Shown in pieces: positions 9,322 through 20,461 of a stretch of 58,345 nucleotides of DNA. Source of the DNA: an uncultured Candidatus Saccharibacteria bacterium (GTDB lineage: Bacteria; Patescibacteriota; Dojkabacteria; SC72); NCBI GenBank assembly GCA_964351475.1, contig CAYGOB010000002.1, positions 1 to 58,345 of the forward strand, in the 5' to 3' direction. The notes below the pieces were generated by a model. It made no database searches, was not told the DNA's origin, and worked only from the letters and a program-made list of their open reading frames with translations. The stretch's first letter is position 1; every line of letters starts with the position of its first letter. The translations under genes and the position numbers were made by a program.

Positions 9322-10258
9322 ATTTATCTTTTTTTAATTCGTATATTATCCTCTCCTGATTTATTCTTACTCTATTAAACATATCTGCTAACAATCCTAC
9401 GATTACTAATAATAATCCAAAGATAATAAATCCTAAACCAATAAAACCAAAAGCTTTGTAAGGGGTAAAACTACCTGTTAAGAAGTAGTGTGTAAACATA
9501 AATATTTCAAACACCAACCCAATACCCATGGATACACCTCCCATTCCTCCAAAAAAGAGCATAGGTTTATAGTCTCTAAGAGTTTTTAAGATTATTCTAG
9601 ATGTTCTAAAAGTATAATTAATAATACTACCTGCTACTCTAGATTTTCTACCCTTGAAATATTTAATATCTACTGGGAATTCTACTACCCTTAGACCTTT
9701 GTATACCATATCTAAGATTGTTTCTTGGGTATAAGTAAAAGCACCAAATAGATTTAATCTCATTAGAGCTTCTCTGTTGTATGCTCTAAAACCACAAGAT
9801 ACGTCTCTAAACTTCTGTCCACTGATTATGGATATTAGTCTAGACATTTGGGTATTACCCCAGTATTTAGTTTTTGGCATATTCTCTGGCATACCTTTAC
9901 TGAACCTATTACCTGTTACCATATCTGCATTATTTTTTAATATTGGTTGTATTATTTCTGGTATCTGTTTACTGTTAAATTGTCTATCTGCATCTATACT
10001 TACTAATATGTCTGTATTATTTTGTAATGCATACTGTACAGCACTTTGAAATGCACTACCTACTCCTTTGTTAATGTTGTGACTTACTACATCCGCACCA
10101 CTTGCTTTAGCGATACTAGCTGTATTGTCTGTACTACCATCATCTACAACTAATACCTTAATATTGTCTATACCATTGATGTTTTTTGGAAGATCTCTTA
10201 TTACATCTCCTATACCTTCTTCTTCGTTTAGGGCAGGCATGTATATTAGTAAGTTCAT
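9308..10258 (-). CDS. GT2 polyprenyl-phosphate sugar synthase type (DPM1/GtrB-like) with C-terminal TM hairpin
   Basis: IYMPALNEEEGI, VVDDGSTDNT, SIDADRQ and two C-terminal TM helices. Confidence 0.8.
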   Translation of the reverse strand: MNLLIYMPALNEEEGIGDVIRDLPKNINGIDNIKVLVVDDGSTDNTASIAKASGADVVSHNINKGVGSAFQSAVQYALQNNTDILVSIDADRQFNSKQIPEIIQPILKNNADMVTGNRFSKGMPENMPKTKYWGNTQMSRLISIISGQKFRDVSCGFRAYNREALMRLNLFGAFTYTQETILDMVYKGLRVVEFPVDIKYFKGRKSRVAGSIINYTFRTSRIILKTLRDYKPMLFFGGMGGVSMGIGLVFEIFMFTHYFLTGSFTPYKAFGFIGLGFIIFGLLLVIVGLLADMFNRVRINQERIIYELKKDKYGGE

Positions 10259-10275
10259 TGTTTTATTATTTTAAT

Positions 10276-10917
10276 TTAATTTTTTCCCTCTATAAATAAC
10301 AAATAATACCCTAGTATAGGTATTTCAAGGTTGACAGAGCCTGTCCTATTTAGATCCCTATATGATTGTCTCAAATATATCTCTTCAACTTTCAACCCTA
10401 TCTTCCTAAACATATTTTCAACTACACCAATATCTGTATATTCCCTTAAATGCGTAGGATCCAATGCCCAACCAATAGGGGCTTTATAAAAATACCAAGC
10501 CCATTTCTTTTTAAATACGGTATCTATTTGGTATATCCCATCCTTCTTTAATAAACGTTTTATTTCAGACAATAGATTCTCTTCATTCTTTACATGTTCT
10601 AATACCTGAGAGCATAAAACACAATCAAAACTATTACTATTCAATTTTATATTCTCTCCATTTGAAACTATAAACAATGAATTTGGTATATTTAATTTCT
10701 TGGCTCTCTCAATACGATTCTCAGAAAGATCAACTCCTACATAATTATACTTTTTCCCAAATATGTCGTAGAGATATTTTACTGTATATCCTTCTGCACA
10801 ACCTATATCTAGTATTTTTGAACCTTTAGGAAGTTTCTCTATTTTTTTTATAATACTTGGAGATAGAATAGCCCCTTTACTCTTCGGATGTTTTTTTGCG
10901 TATTCTTCTATATTCAT
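10276..10917 (-). CDS. Class I SAM-dependent methyltransferase
   Basis: ILDIGCAEGY and CSQVLEHVKNEE (Methyltransf_11-like). Confidence 0.8.
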   Translation of the reverse strand: MNIEEYAKKHPKSKGAILSPSIIKKIEKLPKGSKILDIGCAEGYTVKYLYDIFGKKYNYVGVDLSENRIERAKKLNIPNSLFIVSNGENIKLNSNSFDCVLCSQVLEHVKNEENLLSEIKRLLKKDGIYQIDTVFKKKWAWYFYKAPIGWALDPTHLREYTDIGVVENMFRKIGLKVEEIYLRQSYRDLNRTGSVNLEIPILGYYLLFIEGKN

Positions 10918-10938
10918 TCTTTTAAATTTTTATTTTAT

Positions 10939-12213
10939 CTACCTCCCCACTCCCCTATATATCACTTCGCCCTTTTCAATCTTTTCCTTGTCCAACCTAT
11001 TCATCCCATCTACAACCACTTTAACATTTTTATTCTTTATTATCTCCTTAGTTAAATCGCCAAACCTATCATGATATGTTCCAAGTATTACAGCCTCACA
11101 ATCCCTTAAACCTTCCTCAAGTGTCTTTACATTAGACATATCTAAAACAAAAGGATCATAAACTAAAACATCTGCTCCCTTACTCTTAAGAATATCCCAT
11201 ATCTCTAAACATGGACTCTCTCTTAGGTCTGCAATGTTGGATTTGTAACTTAAACCAAGCAATAAAATCTTAGTACCCTTTATAGGTCTCTCCACTTCAT
11301 TCAAAGCATCCTGTAACCTCTCTACGGTATACTCTGGCATACTATTATTTACCTCTCTAGCCATCTTTAAGAACTGATGATTAAAACCTGACTCAGCTGC
11401 CCTCTTAATTAAGTAGTACGGATCTACTGCTATACAGTGACCACCTACACCCCTACCAGGCCAATGTGCCATGAAAGAGAATGGTTTGTTAGATGCTCCT
11501 TTGAGTGTTTCTACTAAATCTATACCCATAGCATCAAAAGACTTAGCTAACTCATTTACATAAGCTATATTAATATCCCTAAATGCATTCTCTACTATCT
11601 TAGTAGCTTCTGCTATTTTAAGACTAGACACTTCATTTACTTGTGCTTCTAAAAATGATCTGTAGAAATCTCCTACCTCTTTAGTTTTTTCAGGCATTAA
11701 AGTACCTAAATTCCTAGGTATATTGTATACATTCCATTTAGGATCTCCTGGATTAATTCTCTCAGGACACATAGCAATATTAAAATCCTTCCCTGCTTTT
11801 AACTTACTACCTTTTTCTAATACAGGTAGTAATATCTCCTCACATGTCCCTGGGTTTACTGTAGATTCTAGTATTACTGTTTCTCCTTTAGAAAGATATT
11901 TCGCTACTGTTTTACCAGCACTAATTACAGGAGTATAGTCAGGAGTGTAGTCATCTAGTACGGGAGTAGGTACACAGATTATGTAGTAGTCACTATCTTT
12001 AATTTCTTTTTCATCGGTTGTTGCATGCAAATCTAATTCTTTAAGATCTTGTTCTGCAATGTCGTCTGTTATGGGGCATTCTTTATTCTTTATCTTTTTT
12101 ACTTGTTCTTTACTAATGTCAAAACCTACTACATCATACTTACCACTTTTTTCTACAGCTAAGGCTAGAGGTAGTCCTACGTAACCAAGACCTATGATCG
12201 ACACTCTTTGCAT
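10939..12213 (-). CDS. Nucleotide-sugar 6-dehydrogenase (UDP-glucose/GDP-mannose dehydrogenase family; WecC/WbpA-like)
   Basis: VSIIGLGYVGLPLALA N-terminal Rossmann fold, a catalytic-Cys region GVGGHCI, and LGLSYKSNIADLRESP. 424 aa. Confidence 0.85.
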   Translation of the reverse strand: MQRVSIIGLGYVGLPLALAVEKSGKYDVVGFDISKEQVKKIKNKECPITDDIAEQDLKELDLHATTDEKEIKDSDYYIICVPTPVLDDYTPDYTPVISAGKTVAKYLSKGETVILESTVNPGTCEEILLPVLEKGSKLKAGKDFNIAMCPERINPGDPKWNVYNIPRNLGTLMPEKTKEVGDFYRSFLEAQVNEVSSLKIAEATKIVENAFRDINIAYVNELAKSFDAMGIDLVETLKGASNKPFSFMAHWPGRGVGGHCIAVDPYYLIKRAAESGFNHQFLKMAREVNNSMPEYTVERLQDALNEVERPIKGTKILLLGLSYKSNIADLRESPCLEIWDILKSKGADVLVYDPFVLDMSNVKTLEEGLRDCEAVILGTYHDRFGDLTKEIIKNKNVKVVVDGMNRLDKEKIEKGEVIYRGVGR

Positions 12214-12290
12214 CTTGTATTTCTGTTTTAATTAAGCTGTACAATAGGATAATACCATAAAAAGACACATTATCTTAATAAAAGATATCC

Positions 12291-13265
12291 TTAAATAATA
12301 CTTAACATTCTTAAAAATATATTCTCTATTTTTACTTTCTCTAAAAAGACAAAGATGCTAACTGCTAACCTTACAGACAATGCCTCTCCCTTTGGTTTTA
12401 ATATTCCTATCTGTTTGTTCTTTCTATAATTAGGAAAATTATTTTCCAACCAATTAAAAAGTTTTAAGTATTCCTTCTTAAGAATTTTGTATTCAACTCC
12501 CCTACCAGAATGTATTAAATACCATACACAAGCTTTAATGAAAAAATATTCAAAATATTCCTCCTCTTCCTCTGGTACACCTATCTTATCTACATCATTC
12601 TTTATTTTGTTAAATACTTTTGTTAGGTCTACAAAAGGATTAAGTTTTTTTTGTGTAGTATTAGAAAAAGATGTTTCATTGTAAACCCAGTTATATCCAT
12701 TGTAATCTGTGGTCGAGACTCTTAATTTGAAATTAGCAAGCATATTGAAATATACATCCTCCCATATATTACTCTCTAAGAATCTGATATTGTTCTTTTT
12801 TAAACTCTCTGTCCTATATACTCTTCCCCATGGAGCTACCATCATATATTTAGTCCAAGGATTATCTGTAGCATCTCTTTTGAACATTACAGATCCATCA
12901 CTCTTTACTCTTCTGTATCCACCTATTAACATGTCAACATTCTTACTTTCTATTTCTTGTATAAAAGTTTCAATATATTTCTCATCTATATAATCATCGT
13001 TATCTATGAAAAATATATACTCTCCTTTTGAATATTCCAAACCTCTATTTCTAGCTACTGCTGGTCCAGCGTTTTCTTGTAGGTATGATTTAATCTTATC
13101 TGGATGTTTTTTCTTATAGTTATCTATTATCTCTTGTGAGTTATCCTTAGACCCATCATTTACAAGAATTATTTCGTAATCTGTATATGTCTGTTTCAAT
13201 ATACTGTCTAAGCACTTTTTTACATTCTTCTCTGCATTGTATACAGGTACTATTATGCTAACCAT
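12291..13265 (-). CDS. GT2 glycosyltransferase
   Basis: VSIIVPVYNAEKNV...LVNDGSKDNS...IDNDDY. Confidence 0.85.
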   Translation of the reverse strand: MVSIIVPVYNAEKNVKKCLDSILKQTYTDYEIILVNDGSKDNSQEIIDNYKKKHPDKIKSYLQENAGPAVARNRGLEYSKGEYIFFIDNDDYIDEKYIETFIQEIESKNVDMLIGGYRRVKSDGSVMFKRDATDNPWTKYMMVAPWGRVYRTESLKKNNIRFLESNIWEDVYFNMLANFKLRVSTTDYNGYNWVYNETSFSNTTQKKLNPFVDLTKVFNKIKNDVDKIGVPEEEEEYFEYFFIKACVWYLIHSGRGVEYKILKKEYLKLFNWLENNFPNYRKNKQIGILKPKGEALSVRLAVSIFVFLEKVKIENIFLRMLSII

Positions 13266-13304
13266 AGTTTTTTAATATATTTAATTAGTATATAATCATA
13301 CAAT

Positions 13305-13988
13305 ATGAACAAGTCAGAAGTATATATTACTATCCCCCTTTACAATGATGAGAGTATGATAACTAAGGTTATTAAAGACCTAAACCGTAATGGATACAAC
13401 AATATCGTAGTAGTAGATGATGGGAGTAAAGATAATGGATATGATATTGTAAAAAAGAATACCAATGCAATAATAACTAAACATGTAATAAACAGAGGTC
13501 AAGGAGCTGCATTACAAACAGGTATGGAGGTAGCAATAAGTAAAGGAGCAAAATATATCGTACATTTTGATTCAGATGGGCAACATGATGTTAAAGACCT
13601 AGACAAAATGTTGGAAACTTTAATAGAAGGAAACTATGACATTGTATTAGGTTCTAGATTTTTACAAGAGAATGATATCCCCTTTTCAAAAAAAATAGTT
13701 CTTAGGTTAGGAATAATATTTACATATATACTCTCTCGTATATGGTTAACAGATGTACACAACGGTTTAAGAGTTATGACTTCAGATACTGCTAAAAAAT
13801 TAGATATTACTCATGACAGAATGGAACATGCTTCCGAGATATTAGATAAGGTAAAAATATTAGATCTTAAATATACTGAAGTACCTGTAACAATACATTA
13901 CACAGAGTATTCTATGTCTAAAGGACAGAGTGTTTTTAACAGTATAAGTATTGCATTTCAATTAATTTTATCCAAGATAAAAGAATAA
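13305..13988 (+). CDS. GT2 glycosyltransferase (short soluble polyprenyl-phosphate-sugar-synthase type)
   Basis: ITIPLYNDE, VVDDGSKDNG and FDSDGQH. Followed immediately by a DUF2304-like membrane protein whose ATG overlaps the stop (TAATG). Confidence 0.8.
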   Translation: MNKSEVYITIPLYNDESMITKVIKDLNRNGYNNIVVVDDGSKDNGYDIVKKNTNAIITKHVINRGQGAALQTGMEVAISKGAKYIVHFDSDGQHDVKDLDKMLETLIEGNYDIVLGSRFLQENDIPFSKKIVLRLGIIFTYILSRIWLTDVHNGLRVMTSDTAKKLDITHDRMEHASEILDKVKILDLKYTEVPVTIHYTEYSMSKGQSVFNSISIAFQLILSKIKE

Positions 13989-14317
13989 TGATTATTCAAA
14001 TAGTAGCTACAGGAATAATATTGGTAATATTTGGACAGTTAGCTCTCAGGGTTATTAAGGATAAGACATCTATAGTTAAAATATTGTTTTGGTTAATATT
14101 TTGGGCAGGAGCATTAGTATTAATATGGTTACCTCAAGGAACTATAGATAGTATTGGACAATTCTTTGGTGTAGAAAAAGGATTAGACTTGGTAGTTTAT
14201 ATGTCCATAATAATACTCTTTTACATAGTGTTAAGAATATACGGAAAAGTCGACAAACTACAAAAGAACATAACTAAGTTAGTAAGAGAAATAGCAAAAA
14301 CAAATGTCAAAGAGTAA
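13988..14317 (+). CDS. Small 3-TM membrane protein, DUF2304-like GT2 partner
   Basis: 109 aa with three hydrophobic helices. A translationally coupled pairing with a short GT2 is the usual DUF2304 context (from memory). Confidence 0.55.
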   Translation: MIIQIVATGIILVIFGQLALRVIKDKTSIVKILFWLIFWAGALVLIWLPQGTIDSIGQFFGVEKGLDLVVYMSIIILFYIVLRIYGKVDKLQKNITKLVREIAKTNVKE

Positions 14318-15131
14318 TCCCTTAGTCTCTGTACTAGTAGCTACATACAATTCAGAGAATTTTATAAAAGATAATCTGGACAGCTTAATATCTCAAACAT
14401 ACAAAAATATTGAGATTGTTGTTTGTGATGACGCATCCTCTGACAACACAGTATCTATTGTTAAAAAGTATCAAGAGAAAGATGAAAGAATAAAGATAAT
14501 ACAGAATGAGAAAAATCTAGGAATAACTCTCAATATGAATAATGGAATCAAGAACTGTAATGGTAAATATATAGCTATATTAGATGCAGATGATTGGGCA
14601 TATCCATATAGAATAGAAGAACAGGTTAAAGTAATGGAGGAAAACCCAGAGGTTGCTTTATGTTCAGGATATATGGATATATGTGATGAAGAACTTAATG
14701 TAAAAACTGTTAGAGAATATCCATTAGAAAACGAAGATATTAGAAAAGCAATAGTTAGGTACAATCCAATATCTCACCCTGCTTCTATGTGGAGGACTTC
14801 TGAGTTAATAAAAACTTCTCTTTACAACAACAGATTCCCAATAGCTAGAGATTATGATTTGGTGGTCAGAATATCAGAATTTGGAGAATACAAAAATATT
14901 CCAAAATCCTTAATAAAGTACAGAGTTAGGAAGGGATCAGAAACTGGAAAGAGAACAAGACAAACTCAATGGTATTCTTTTTATGTACAAATGAAAGCAC
15001 ATTTTGAATATGATTTTCCTCTTAAATTTGGAGATAAAATATTTCTTTTTTTTAGATTAATAGCAACAGTAATACTACCAGTATCGTTACAGAGGTACAT
15101 TGCTAATAATTTTTCTAAGGTGAATAAGTAA
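14304..15131 (+). CDS. GT2 glycosyltransferase
   Basis: VSVLVATYNSENF...VCDDASSDNT...LDADD. Confidence 0.85.
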   Translation: MSKSNPLVSVLVATYNSENFIKDNLDSLISQTYKNIEIVVCDDASSDNTVSIVKKYQEKDERIKIIQNEKNLGITLNMNNGIKNCNGKYIAILDADDWAYPYRIEEQVKVMEENPEVALCSGYMDICDEELNVKTVREYPLENEDIRKAIVRYNPISHPASMWRTSELIKTSLYNNRFPIARDYDLVVRISEFGEYKNIPKSLIKYRVRKGSETGKRTRQTQWYSFYVQMKAHFEYDFPLKFGDKIFLFFRLIATVILPVSLQRYIANNFSKVNK

Positions 15132-15133
15132 AA

Positions 15134-17095
15134 TTATTCACAACCTACTATTTCAAAGAGTATAGAATCTCCACTTCGAAATACCGGTTTGAAAGCTGTA
15201 GTTGTAAGAATGTTATCATCACTAAGAAGAGGATTATGAAAAGGCTGCATTGCAGCATGATAGTAATATGTATATCCTAGATCTATAAATTTCTGCCTAT
15301 ATGTACAATCTTCTATATCTTCTCGCAAAGCAAGATAATATTTAAAATTTCGAAGAGTTTCCTTGCTGTCATATTCATAAAAGGGCTTAGATATCTTTCT
15401 ACCAGTAAAGACTTCTATATACCCTCCTGAATCAGAAGAGAATATTATGTCATACAACAAATATGCATTTATTAGAAATTTTTGTTCCTCTGTCGTATTC
15501 CTTTCTATCCAATCAAATACTACAATGTCATCTTCTAAAACATAACTATTCAAGTCAGACATAAATCCTTTACTCTGTTGAAAAAGCATATAGGAGACCA
15601 AAAGAATTCCAGAGATAAACATTCCTATAATTATATAGTCCCATTTGTTTTTATCTAAAAATTTTCTAACTAAGAGACTGTATAATTTGGATAAGAAAAA
15701 CCCACACAGTACATATATATATATTAGTAATGTTATTAAATAACTCTCAAAGACTATAGTTAACATCGACATTCTTAATGTCGAAAGAATTATCATAAAA
15801 AGTAGAACTCCAACAATCCAGAAAAAAACTACCATTAATCTCTTGTTTTTCTTTAAAAGAGAATTAACAAATAGAAGAGGAAGAGCAAGAAACGAAATTA
15901 AAGTGGGATACCTGTTCCAGTCCTTTAGACTTCTCTGAAGATATGTTCTTATGTGTTCAAATAGATATAAAATTCCTTCCCATATCGTTTCGAAATCACT
16001 ACGATAACCTACACTAGTTCTATCAGGATTAACCAAGTTCTCAGCTATTGCTAGTTGATACTTGTAACTCCTCAAAGCCCAACCTAGACCAAATAACATA
16101 CCTAACACAATCAAAAACCCTTTCCATTTAAAATCTTTAAAATACAAAATAAATACAACTCCTACAAAAACACTTCCTATTACTGCAATAGGATAATGTG
16201 TTAAAAACAACGAAGCTATAGCCAATCCTGAAATTAATAACACCTTCCAATGCTTATTTTCAATATATTGAGTTATTGCAAACATAACAAAGAAAAGAAC
16301 AGGAATTGCCATTATTAGTGTATTCTTCCCTGCATTAAAAGTTAACATAGCAGGGTAATACCCAACTGAGAACAAAACAGCCGTAACTAAACCCCATACT
16401 TTATCTTTTAGAAAATTCTTTAAAAATACATATGCTACTATTCCTGAATAAGCACTAAAGAAGCCACTCAAGACCAGAACCTGCCTGGAGACAACAAAGC
16501 CTCTCATCATAGCCCCAAATGCTGAAATAACATGTAAGCCCGGAGAATAAAAATATTCTATTAACCCTGTTTCCATGATATTTCTAGCCATCATCGAATG
16601 TGAAAGAGGGTCATGTAGAGGAGCTATATAGTGGTTTCTCAATGGAAAAACCTTCGCAACCAATGCTACAGAAAAAAGAAGCAGTACTAAATAGTCATAA
16701 TCCTTTATCTTTAGATTTATATTCTCAAAAACTTTAGCTTTTAAAAAAACAAAAAAGGATATAGCAACAAAACCCAAAAAGAAAAATATATTAACAGGAA
16801 TATTTACAATAGCAAACAAAGAGATAAATACTAAAAACAGAGATGTAAAAACTACTCCACCTAAAAGAAAATGCTCTAAAAGATTTACACTCTTCTTAAA
16901 GAAAAACATACTCCACCCAAAACCTAATAACCCCCAAACAATGTAAATAGACCATTGATATCCAAGAAACAGTGTAATTACAGAAATAGCAAATAGAGAA
17001 AAATATACTATCCTAAACTTTTTTCTATTCTCGAACAAAGATTTAATAAAAGGTAATACTTTTTTAACTTCCTGTTCTAATTCTAAAGTCTTCAT
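15134..17095 (-). CDS. Large polytopic membrane protein with C-terminal soluble domain (GT-C-like, possible ligase or polymerase)
   Basis: 653 aa with >=12 TM segments, the loop motif PLHDPLSHS, and a ~150-aa non-hydrophobic C-terminus. Last gene of the wzm-wzt operon. Its start overlaps the upstream stop by 32 nt. Confidence 0.5.
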   Translation of the reverse strand: MKTLELEQEVKKVLPFIKSLFENRKKFRIVYFSLFAISVITLFLGYQWSIYIVWGLLGFGWSMFFFKKSVNLLEHFLLGGVVFTSLFLVFISLFAIVNIPVNIFFFLGFVAISFFVFLKAKVFENINLKIKDYDYLVLLLFSVALVAKVFPLRNHYIAPLHDPLSHSMMARNIMETGLIEYFYSPGLHVISAFGAMMRGFVVSRQVLVLSGFFSAYSGIVAYVFLKNFLKDKVWGLVTAVLFSVGYYPAMLTFNAGKNTLIMAIPVLFFVMFAITQYIENKHWKVLLISGLAIASLFLTHYPIAVIGSVFVGVVFILYFKDFKWKGFLIVLGMLFGLGWALRSYKYQLAIAENLVNPDRTSVGYRSDFETIWEGILYLFEHIRTYLQRSLKDWNRYPTLISFLALPLLFVNSLLKKNKRLMVVFFWIVGVLLFMIILSTLRMSMLTIVFESYLITLLIYIYVLCGFFLSKLYSLLVRKFLDKNKWDYIIIGMFISGILLVSYMLFQQSKGFMSDLNSYVLEDDIVVFDWIERNTTEEQKFLINAYLLYDIIFSSDSGGYIEVFTGRKISKPFYEYDSKETLRNFKYYLALREDIEDCTYRQKFIDLGYTYYYHAAMQPFHNPLLSDDNILTTTAFKPVFRSGDSILFEIVGCE

Positions 17096-18974
17096 GTTTT
17101 TTAGATAAATTAATATTATAAAAAGGATCTCTATTTATATATCCTGGCCATTTATTTTTTAGAATCTGACTACATTTCTGATCTCCTTGAGGATCACTAA
17201 CCTGGTTCTTCTTTAATCTAGAAACAGACTCGTAATGTATTAATTCAGAGTATGGAGTATATACATTGTAATAACCACTATCATAGAGTTTAATACCTAA
17301 GTCCACATCCTGAAATACTGGTTCTAAGCTCTCATCAAAACCACCCATCTCTTTAAAAAGAGAAGTTTTTATCATGGCACAAGCACAAGTAACTGAAATG
17401 TAATTCTTAACATTAACAACAGGGCTATCAAAACCATGAGTATGACCTGAAGCCCTTCTATATGCATGGCCTGCACTATTTCCCAATCCTACAACTACAC
17501 CAGCATGCTGTATACTTCCATCAGGATAGTACAATCTACTCCCTACTAAACCTACCTCTGGTAACTGACATATTTCTAACATACTTTTTAACCATTCTTC
17601 CCCCTGGACTTTAATGTCATTATTAAGCATTAACATATATTCAGAATCTATCTGATTAACAGCCCAGTTATATATCTTTCCAAAATGATATGGTAAGTCA
17701 TATTTAACAACCATTATCCTTTCGTCCTTAGTTATCTCTTCTAAATACCCAAATGTTTTCTCCTCCTTGGATTGATTACCTACAAGTACAATTTCGTAAT
17801 TATCATACTTTGTTTTTTCTAAAATACTTGGTATGGCCCTTTTTAATAATTCAACCTTATCCTTAAAAGGTATAACGATGGATACCTTAGGATTTCCAAC
17901 TATCTCATACCTAACCCTCCATGCTCCCTCATACAAACCTTCTACCACCTCCCCTTTTAAATTTCTTCTCGTCAAATAGTCTTGCAAAACATACTTTTGT
18001 CTATCATATGCCCAACCCTTGGCTTCTTTTCCTGAGTAAGCAGTAGAACTTTCAGTAATTCTCCAATGGTAAAGAATCTTGGGAATATGTATTACATTCT
18101 TAAAATCCCTGTTATTCTTTAATGTCATATACCTAAGTACTAAATCCCAATCCTGAGCTCCATCTGTTCCCTCCCTTAGACTTCCTAACTGTTGAATAAT
18201 ATCTTTCCTATAACAAGTAACATGAGCTGTATACATCTGAGAAGTTAGAAGATGTGGAGAAAAATCTGGCCAAAAAGATGGTGCAAATCTCCTTGCTCTC
18301 TCATCTATCTTGTCAAAATCACTGTACATGAATTCTACTTCAGGATTTTTCTTTATACTCTTAGCTAATTCCAAAAGAGCATTAACAGAAAGTGTGTCAT
18401 CACAATCCATAAATACAATATAATCTCCTGTAGCCATATTAATTGCATTATTACTATTCTTTACAATATTTATTTCCTTTCTTAACTCCTTAGAAAGAAA
18501 AGAAAGTTTAACCTTCTCTGTATACTCCTCTTGAAAACTCTTAAGAAATCTTTCTGTTTCTTCTATACTCTTACTTGATCCATCAGAAATACATATCTCC
18601 CAATTCTCATATACTTGGTTGGTTATCGAATCCAGTGCTTCTCTAAGAAATTCCTCCTTAACATTCCATACTGGTAAAACTATACTGAACTTAATATCTT
18701 CTCCAACACTTTCTAGATCCCTCCTCATTGATTTTTCATTTAGATATTTACTCTCTACATTCTGCATCCATTTGTTATATTGAAAATCTCTAACTCTGCC
18801 AGGATTTATTCTGTTTCTAAAAAAAGAAAATACTCTTTTTAAAAAAAGAAAGATAGCCTTAAAAAAACCATGCCTTTTAATATCCTTGTTAAAATCCTCT
18901 TTGTAGAGAGGTATCCTATCTTTAACTCTTGAAATTAAACTGTTTCTATTCTGCATTTTTGTATGCACTAACAA
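17064..18974 (-). CDS. Tandem GT2-GT2 glycosyltransferase, paralogue of the C-terminal two thirds of 1417..4206
   Basis: FSIVLPVWNVKEE...DCDD and VSIVIPFKDK...NNDI. It shares YSDxDK...FxPxFxPDxSP, the HIPxILYxWR motif and the C-terminal DPFYNxNL with the 929-aa protein. Confidence 0.85.
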   Translation of the reverse strand: MLVHTKMQNRNSLISRVKDRIPLYKEDFNKDIKRHGFFKAIFLFLKRVFSFFRNRINPGRVRDFQYNKWMQNVESKYLNEKSMRRDLESVGEDIKFSIVLPVWNVKEEFLREALDSITNQVYENWEICISDGSSKSIEETERFLKSFQEEYTEKVKLSFLSKELRKEINIVKNSNNAINMATGDYIVFMDCDDTLSVNALLELAKSIKKNPEVEFMYSDFDKIDERARRFAPSFWPDFSPHLLTSQMYTAHVTCYRKDIIQQLGSLREGTDGAQDWDLVLRYMTLKNNRDFKNVIHIPKILYHWRITESSTAYSGKEAKGWAYDRQKYVLQDYLTRRNLKGEVVEGLYEGAWRVRYEIVGNPKVSIVIPFKDKVELLKRAIPSILEKTKYDNYEIVLVGNQSKEEKTFGYLEEITKDERIMVVKYDLPYHFGKIYNWAVNQIDSEYMLMLNNDIKVQGEEWLKSMLEICQLPEVGLVGSRLYYPDGSIQHAGVVVGLGNSAGHAYRRASGHTHGFDSPVVNVKNYISVTCACAMIKTSLFKEMGGFDESLEPVFQDVDLGIKLYDSGYYNVYTPYSELIHYESVSRLKKNQVSDPQGDQKCSQILKNKWPGYINRDPFYNINLSKKHEDFRIRTGS

Positions 18975-19680
18975 CTTTTTCAGGCTCCCCTATCTCATAA
19001 CTCTTATCTTCCTTTAACCATAGTACCCTGTCTGAATACTTCTCTACTGAATCTAATGCATGAGATACATACAGTATAGATTTCTTACCCTTAATCTTGT
19101 CAAAATATGCATAACACTTCCTTTGGAAATCTGCATCACCTACTGCTAATACCTCATCTAAAACAAGTATGTCTGACTTAACTCTAATTGCTATTGAAAA
19201 TGCTAACCTTACTGCCATACCAGAAGAGAAATTCTTTATAGACATATCTGCAAAATCTCTTAACTCTGCAAAATCAAAAATACCATCAATATATTCATCT
19301 AATTCCTTCTTAGTAAGACCAAGTATCGTACCATTAAGATAGACATTTTCTCTTGCACTAAGATCTGGATTAAAACCTACACCTAATTCTAAGAAAGGTA
19401 CTAAATCTCCATTTACTTCTACCTCTCCCTCATCTGCTACATATATCCCAGATACTATCTTTAGTAATGTAGATTTACCTGATCCATTTGGACCTATTAC
19501 ACTAAAAAATTCTCCTTTTTTAACTTCAAAAGAAAGATTTTTAAGAGCATTAAATTCTCTATGTTCTGTCTTTTGAAAAGGATTTAAAAATCTTTCTTGT
19601 AATGTATTCTTATTCCCCTTAACCGGTACTTTAAATTTCTTACTTACATTCTTTACTTGTATTGCTATATTGTTGTCCAT
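18946..19680 (-). CDS. wzt: Polysaccharide/teichoic-acid ABC exporter ATP-binding protein (Wzt/TagH type, NBD only)
   Basis: Walker A GPNGSGKST, signature FSSGMAVRLAFS and Walker B ILVLDE. At 244 aa it has no C-terminal carbohydrate-binding extension. Confidence 0.9.
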   Translation of the reverse strand: MDNNIAIQVKNVSKKFKVPVKGNKNTLQERFLNPFQKTEHREFNALKNLSFEVKKGEFFSVIGPNGSGKSTLLKIVSGIYVADEGEVEVNGDLVPFLELGVGFNPDLSARENVYLNGTILGLTKKELDEYIDGIFDFAELRDFADMSIKNFSSGMAVRLAFSIAIRVKSDILVLDEVLAVGDADFQRKCYAYFDKIKGKKSILYVSHALDSVEKYSDRVLWLKEDKSYEIGEPEKVVSAYKNAE

Positions 19681-19684
19681 ATCT

Positions 19685-20461
19685 TTAAAAATGTTCTGCT
19701 ACTTTTTTTACATTATGTTTGAAATATATATTTCCAATAATTACTAGGATTATGGAAAATATTAAAGATCCTAGTACAAAATCTAAATTAACAATGTTTT
19801 GATATGTAAGAGCTTCTCTTACACTCTGTATGTAGATTGCTATTGGGTTGTACTCTGCTATGAATCTGTATCTTTCAGGAATCATTTCAATTGGGAAGAA
19901 AACTGCTGAAGCATAGAACATTAGTTGTAAACCTAGTTCTGTTATGTGAGTTAGGTCCCTAATATATACCATCCAGATACTGGTAAAGAATGCTATGCCG
20001 TACATAGCTAAGAACATAACTAAACCAATGAGTAATATGTAGGATACTCCTATTACAGAAAACTGGATATCTAAGACTGTCCCTATGACTGCTATTATGA
20101 GGAGATTAATACCAAAATTAATTAATGACATAGTAAGTGCACTAATTACAACAATATCTCTTTTAAAATTAATCTTAAGTATCAGATCTGCTCTTTCCAT
20201 TATTGAACCCATACCCCATGTAATTCCTTCATTAAAGAAGGTATAGATTACTAAACCAGAGAGAAGATATACTGCATATTGCCTAGATGTTAAATTTCCT
20301 ACCTGACCAGATACTGCAGAGAATACTACATAGAGAATTATGAACATGAAGAAGGGTTTGAGTAATACCCAAAAGAACCCTAATAAGGATCCTTTGTATC
20401 TCATCTTAAAGATGGTTTTAACAAATTGCTTGTAGAGGTCTATATCGTTCTTACTTATCAT
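19685..20461 (-). CDS. wzm: ABC-2 type polysaccharide exporter permease (Wzm/TagG type)
   Basis: 258 aa, 6 TM segments, adjacent to wzt. The N-terminus YKGSLLGFFWVLLKP is typical of ABC-2 permeases. Confidence 0.85.
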   Translation of the reverse strand: MISKNDIDLYKQFVKTIFKMRYKGSLLGFFWVLLKPFFMFIILYVVFSAVSGQVGNLTSRQYAVYLLSGLVIYTFFNEGITWGMGSIMERADLILKINFKRDIVVISALTMSLINFGINLLIIAVIGTVLDIQFSVIGVSYILLIGLVMFLAMYGIAFFTSIWMVYIRDLTHITELGLQLMFYASAVFFPIEMIPERYRFIAEYNPIAIYIQSVREALTYQNIVNLDFVLGSLIFSIILVIIGNIYFKHNVKKVAEHF